A model generated the notes under the pieces. That model was not told where the DNA came from. It saw nothing but the letters and a program-made list of their open reading frames with translations, and ran no database searches. Shown here piece by piece: positions 63,491 through 64,000 of a DNA stretch of 64,000 nt. Numbering within the stretch: the first letter of the stretch is position 1; the number at the start of each line of letters is the position of its first letter. A program made the position numbers and the translations under genes. Source of the DNA: Octopus bimaculoides (taxonomy: Eukaryota); NCBI RefSeq assembly GCF_001194135.2, contig NC_068981.1:74106203-74170202 (forward strand), in the 5' to 3' direction.

Positions 63491-63582
63491 GTACTAGAAT
63501 CAGCAATTCCTAATCATCTGGAAGGATCACTGCAGAAAGTACAAAACGTTAAGACCAGATAATTTGGGGTCCAACCAAGCCA

Positions 63583-63889
63583 TGTTAGAGAAGACCTAAT
63601 TTAAGCGAGCTAAGTTTCCTGTCTTCTCCCACACATAAAAACACTTGATGGACAAAAGTGAGGAAGTATGTGTCTATAGCTTTCAACATTAGTCGTGGCG
63701 AGAGTACTTGACACCCCTGGGGGATTGGGAGAATGGACTAACCGAACACATGAAGAGTAGTAGTCGGTAGTAGTCAGAGAGAGCGTCTTGGTAGTCTCGT
63801 GAAGTAAGTCGTGTGAACACACTGATTTAACCTACGCTGCATAATTTTATATATACCAACCTGTGGCATGATATAAAAGTGGCGACGAG
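63583..63889 (+). mobile_element. Possible LTR plus primer-binding site of a Gypsy-like element
   Basis: TG...CA-bounded segment followed by TGGCGACGAG (63880-63889), a PBS-like sequence I recall from Gypsy elements. Confidence 0.3.
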
Positions 63890-64000
63890 ATATTCGAAAC
63901 TTGCGTAGGGCGTTTAAATTTTTATTTTGGTACGAAACCAAAGGAAAAATTATTTAACATGGAAGACTTGTTGACTTGCGTGGTGCAGTTGCATGTTGCA

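Overview
AT-rich, microsatellite-dense eukaryotic DNA with many N gaps. It is most likely a fragmented octopus assembly; I infer this from SINE sequences I recall and did not check it against a database. There is no complete protein-coding gene, rRNA, true tRNA or CRISPR array. Most of the long ORFs in the track are artefacts of N runs or microsatellites. The window reads as one large intron or intergenic block filled with transposons: four tRNA-headed SINE families (called A-D here), a CR1 LINE, two Dong/R4 LINE copies, decayed L2/CR1-group LINEs, an RTE-like 3' end with two C2H2 fingers, two different Penelope-like elements (PLEs), mariner, pogo and hAT derivatives, a foldback element and a telomere-repeat-carrying element. 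The most interesting signal is a set of five hammerhead-ribozyme-like motifs. One, at 22788-22835 on the minus strand, has a complete catalytic core and sits in a short non-coding repeat. A few candidate exons exist, but I could not assign them to a known gene. Degenerate element boundaries are approximate (about +/-20 bp).
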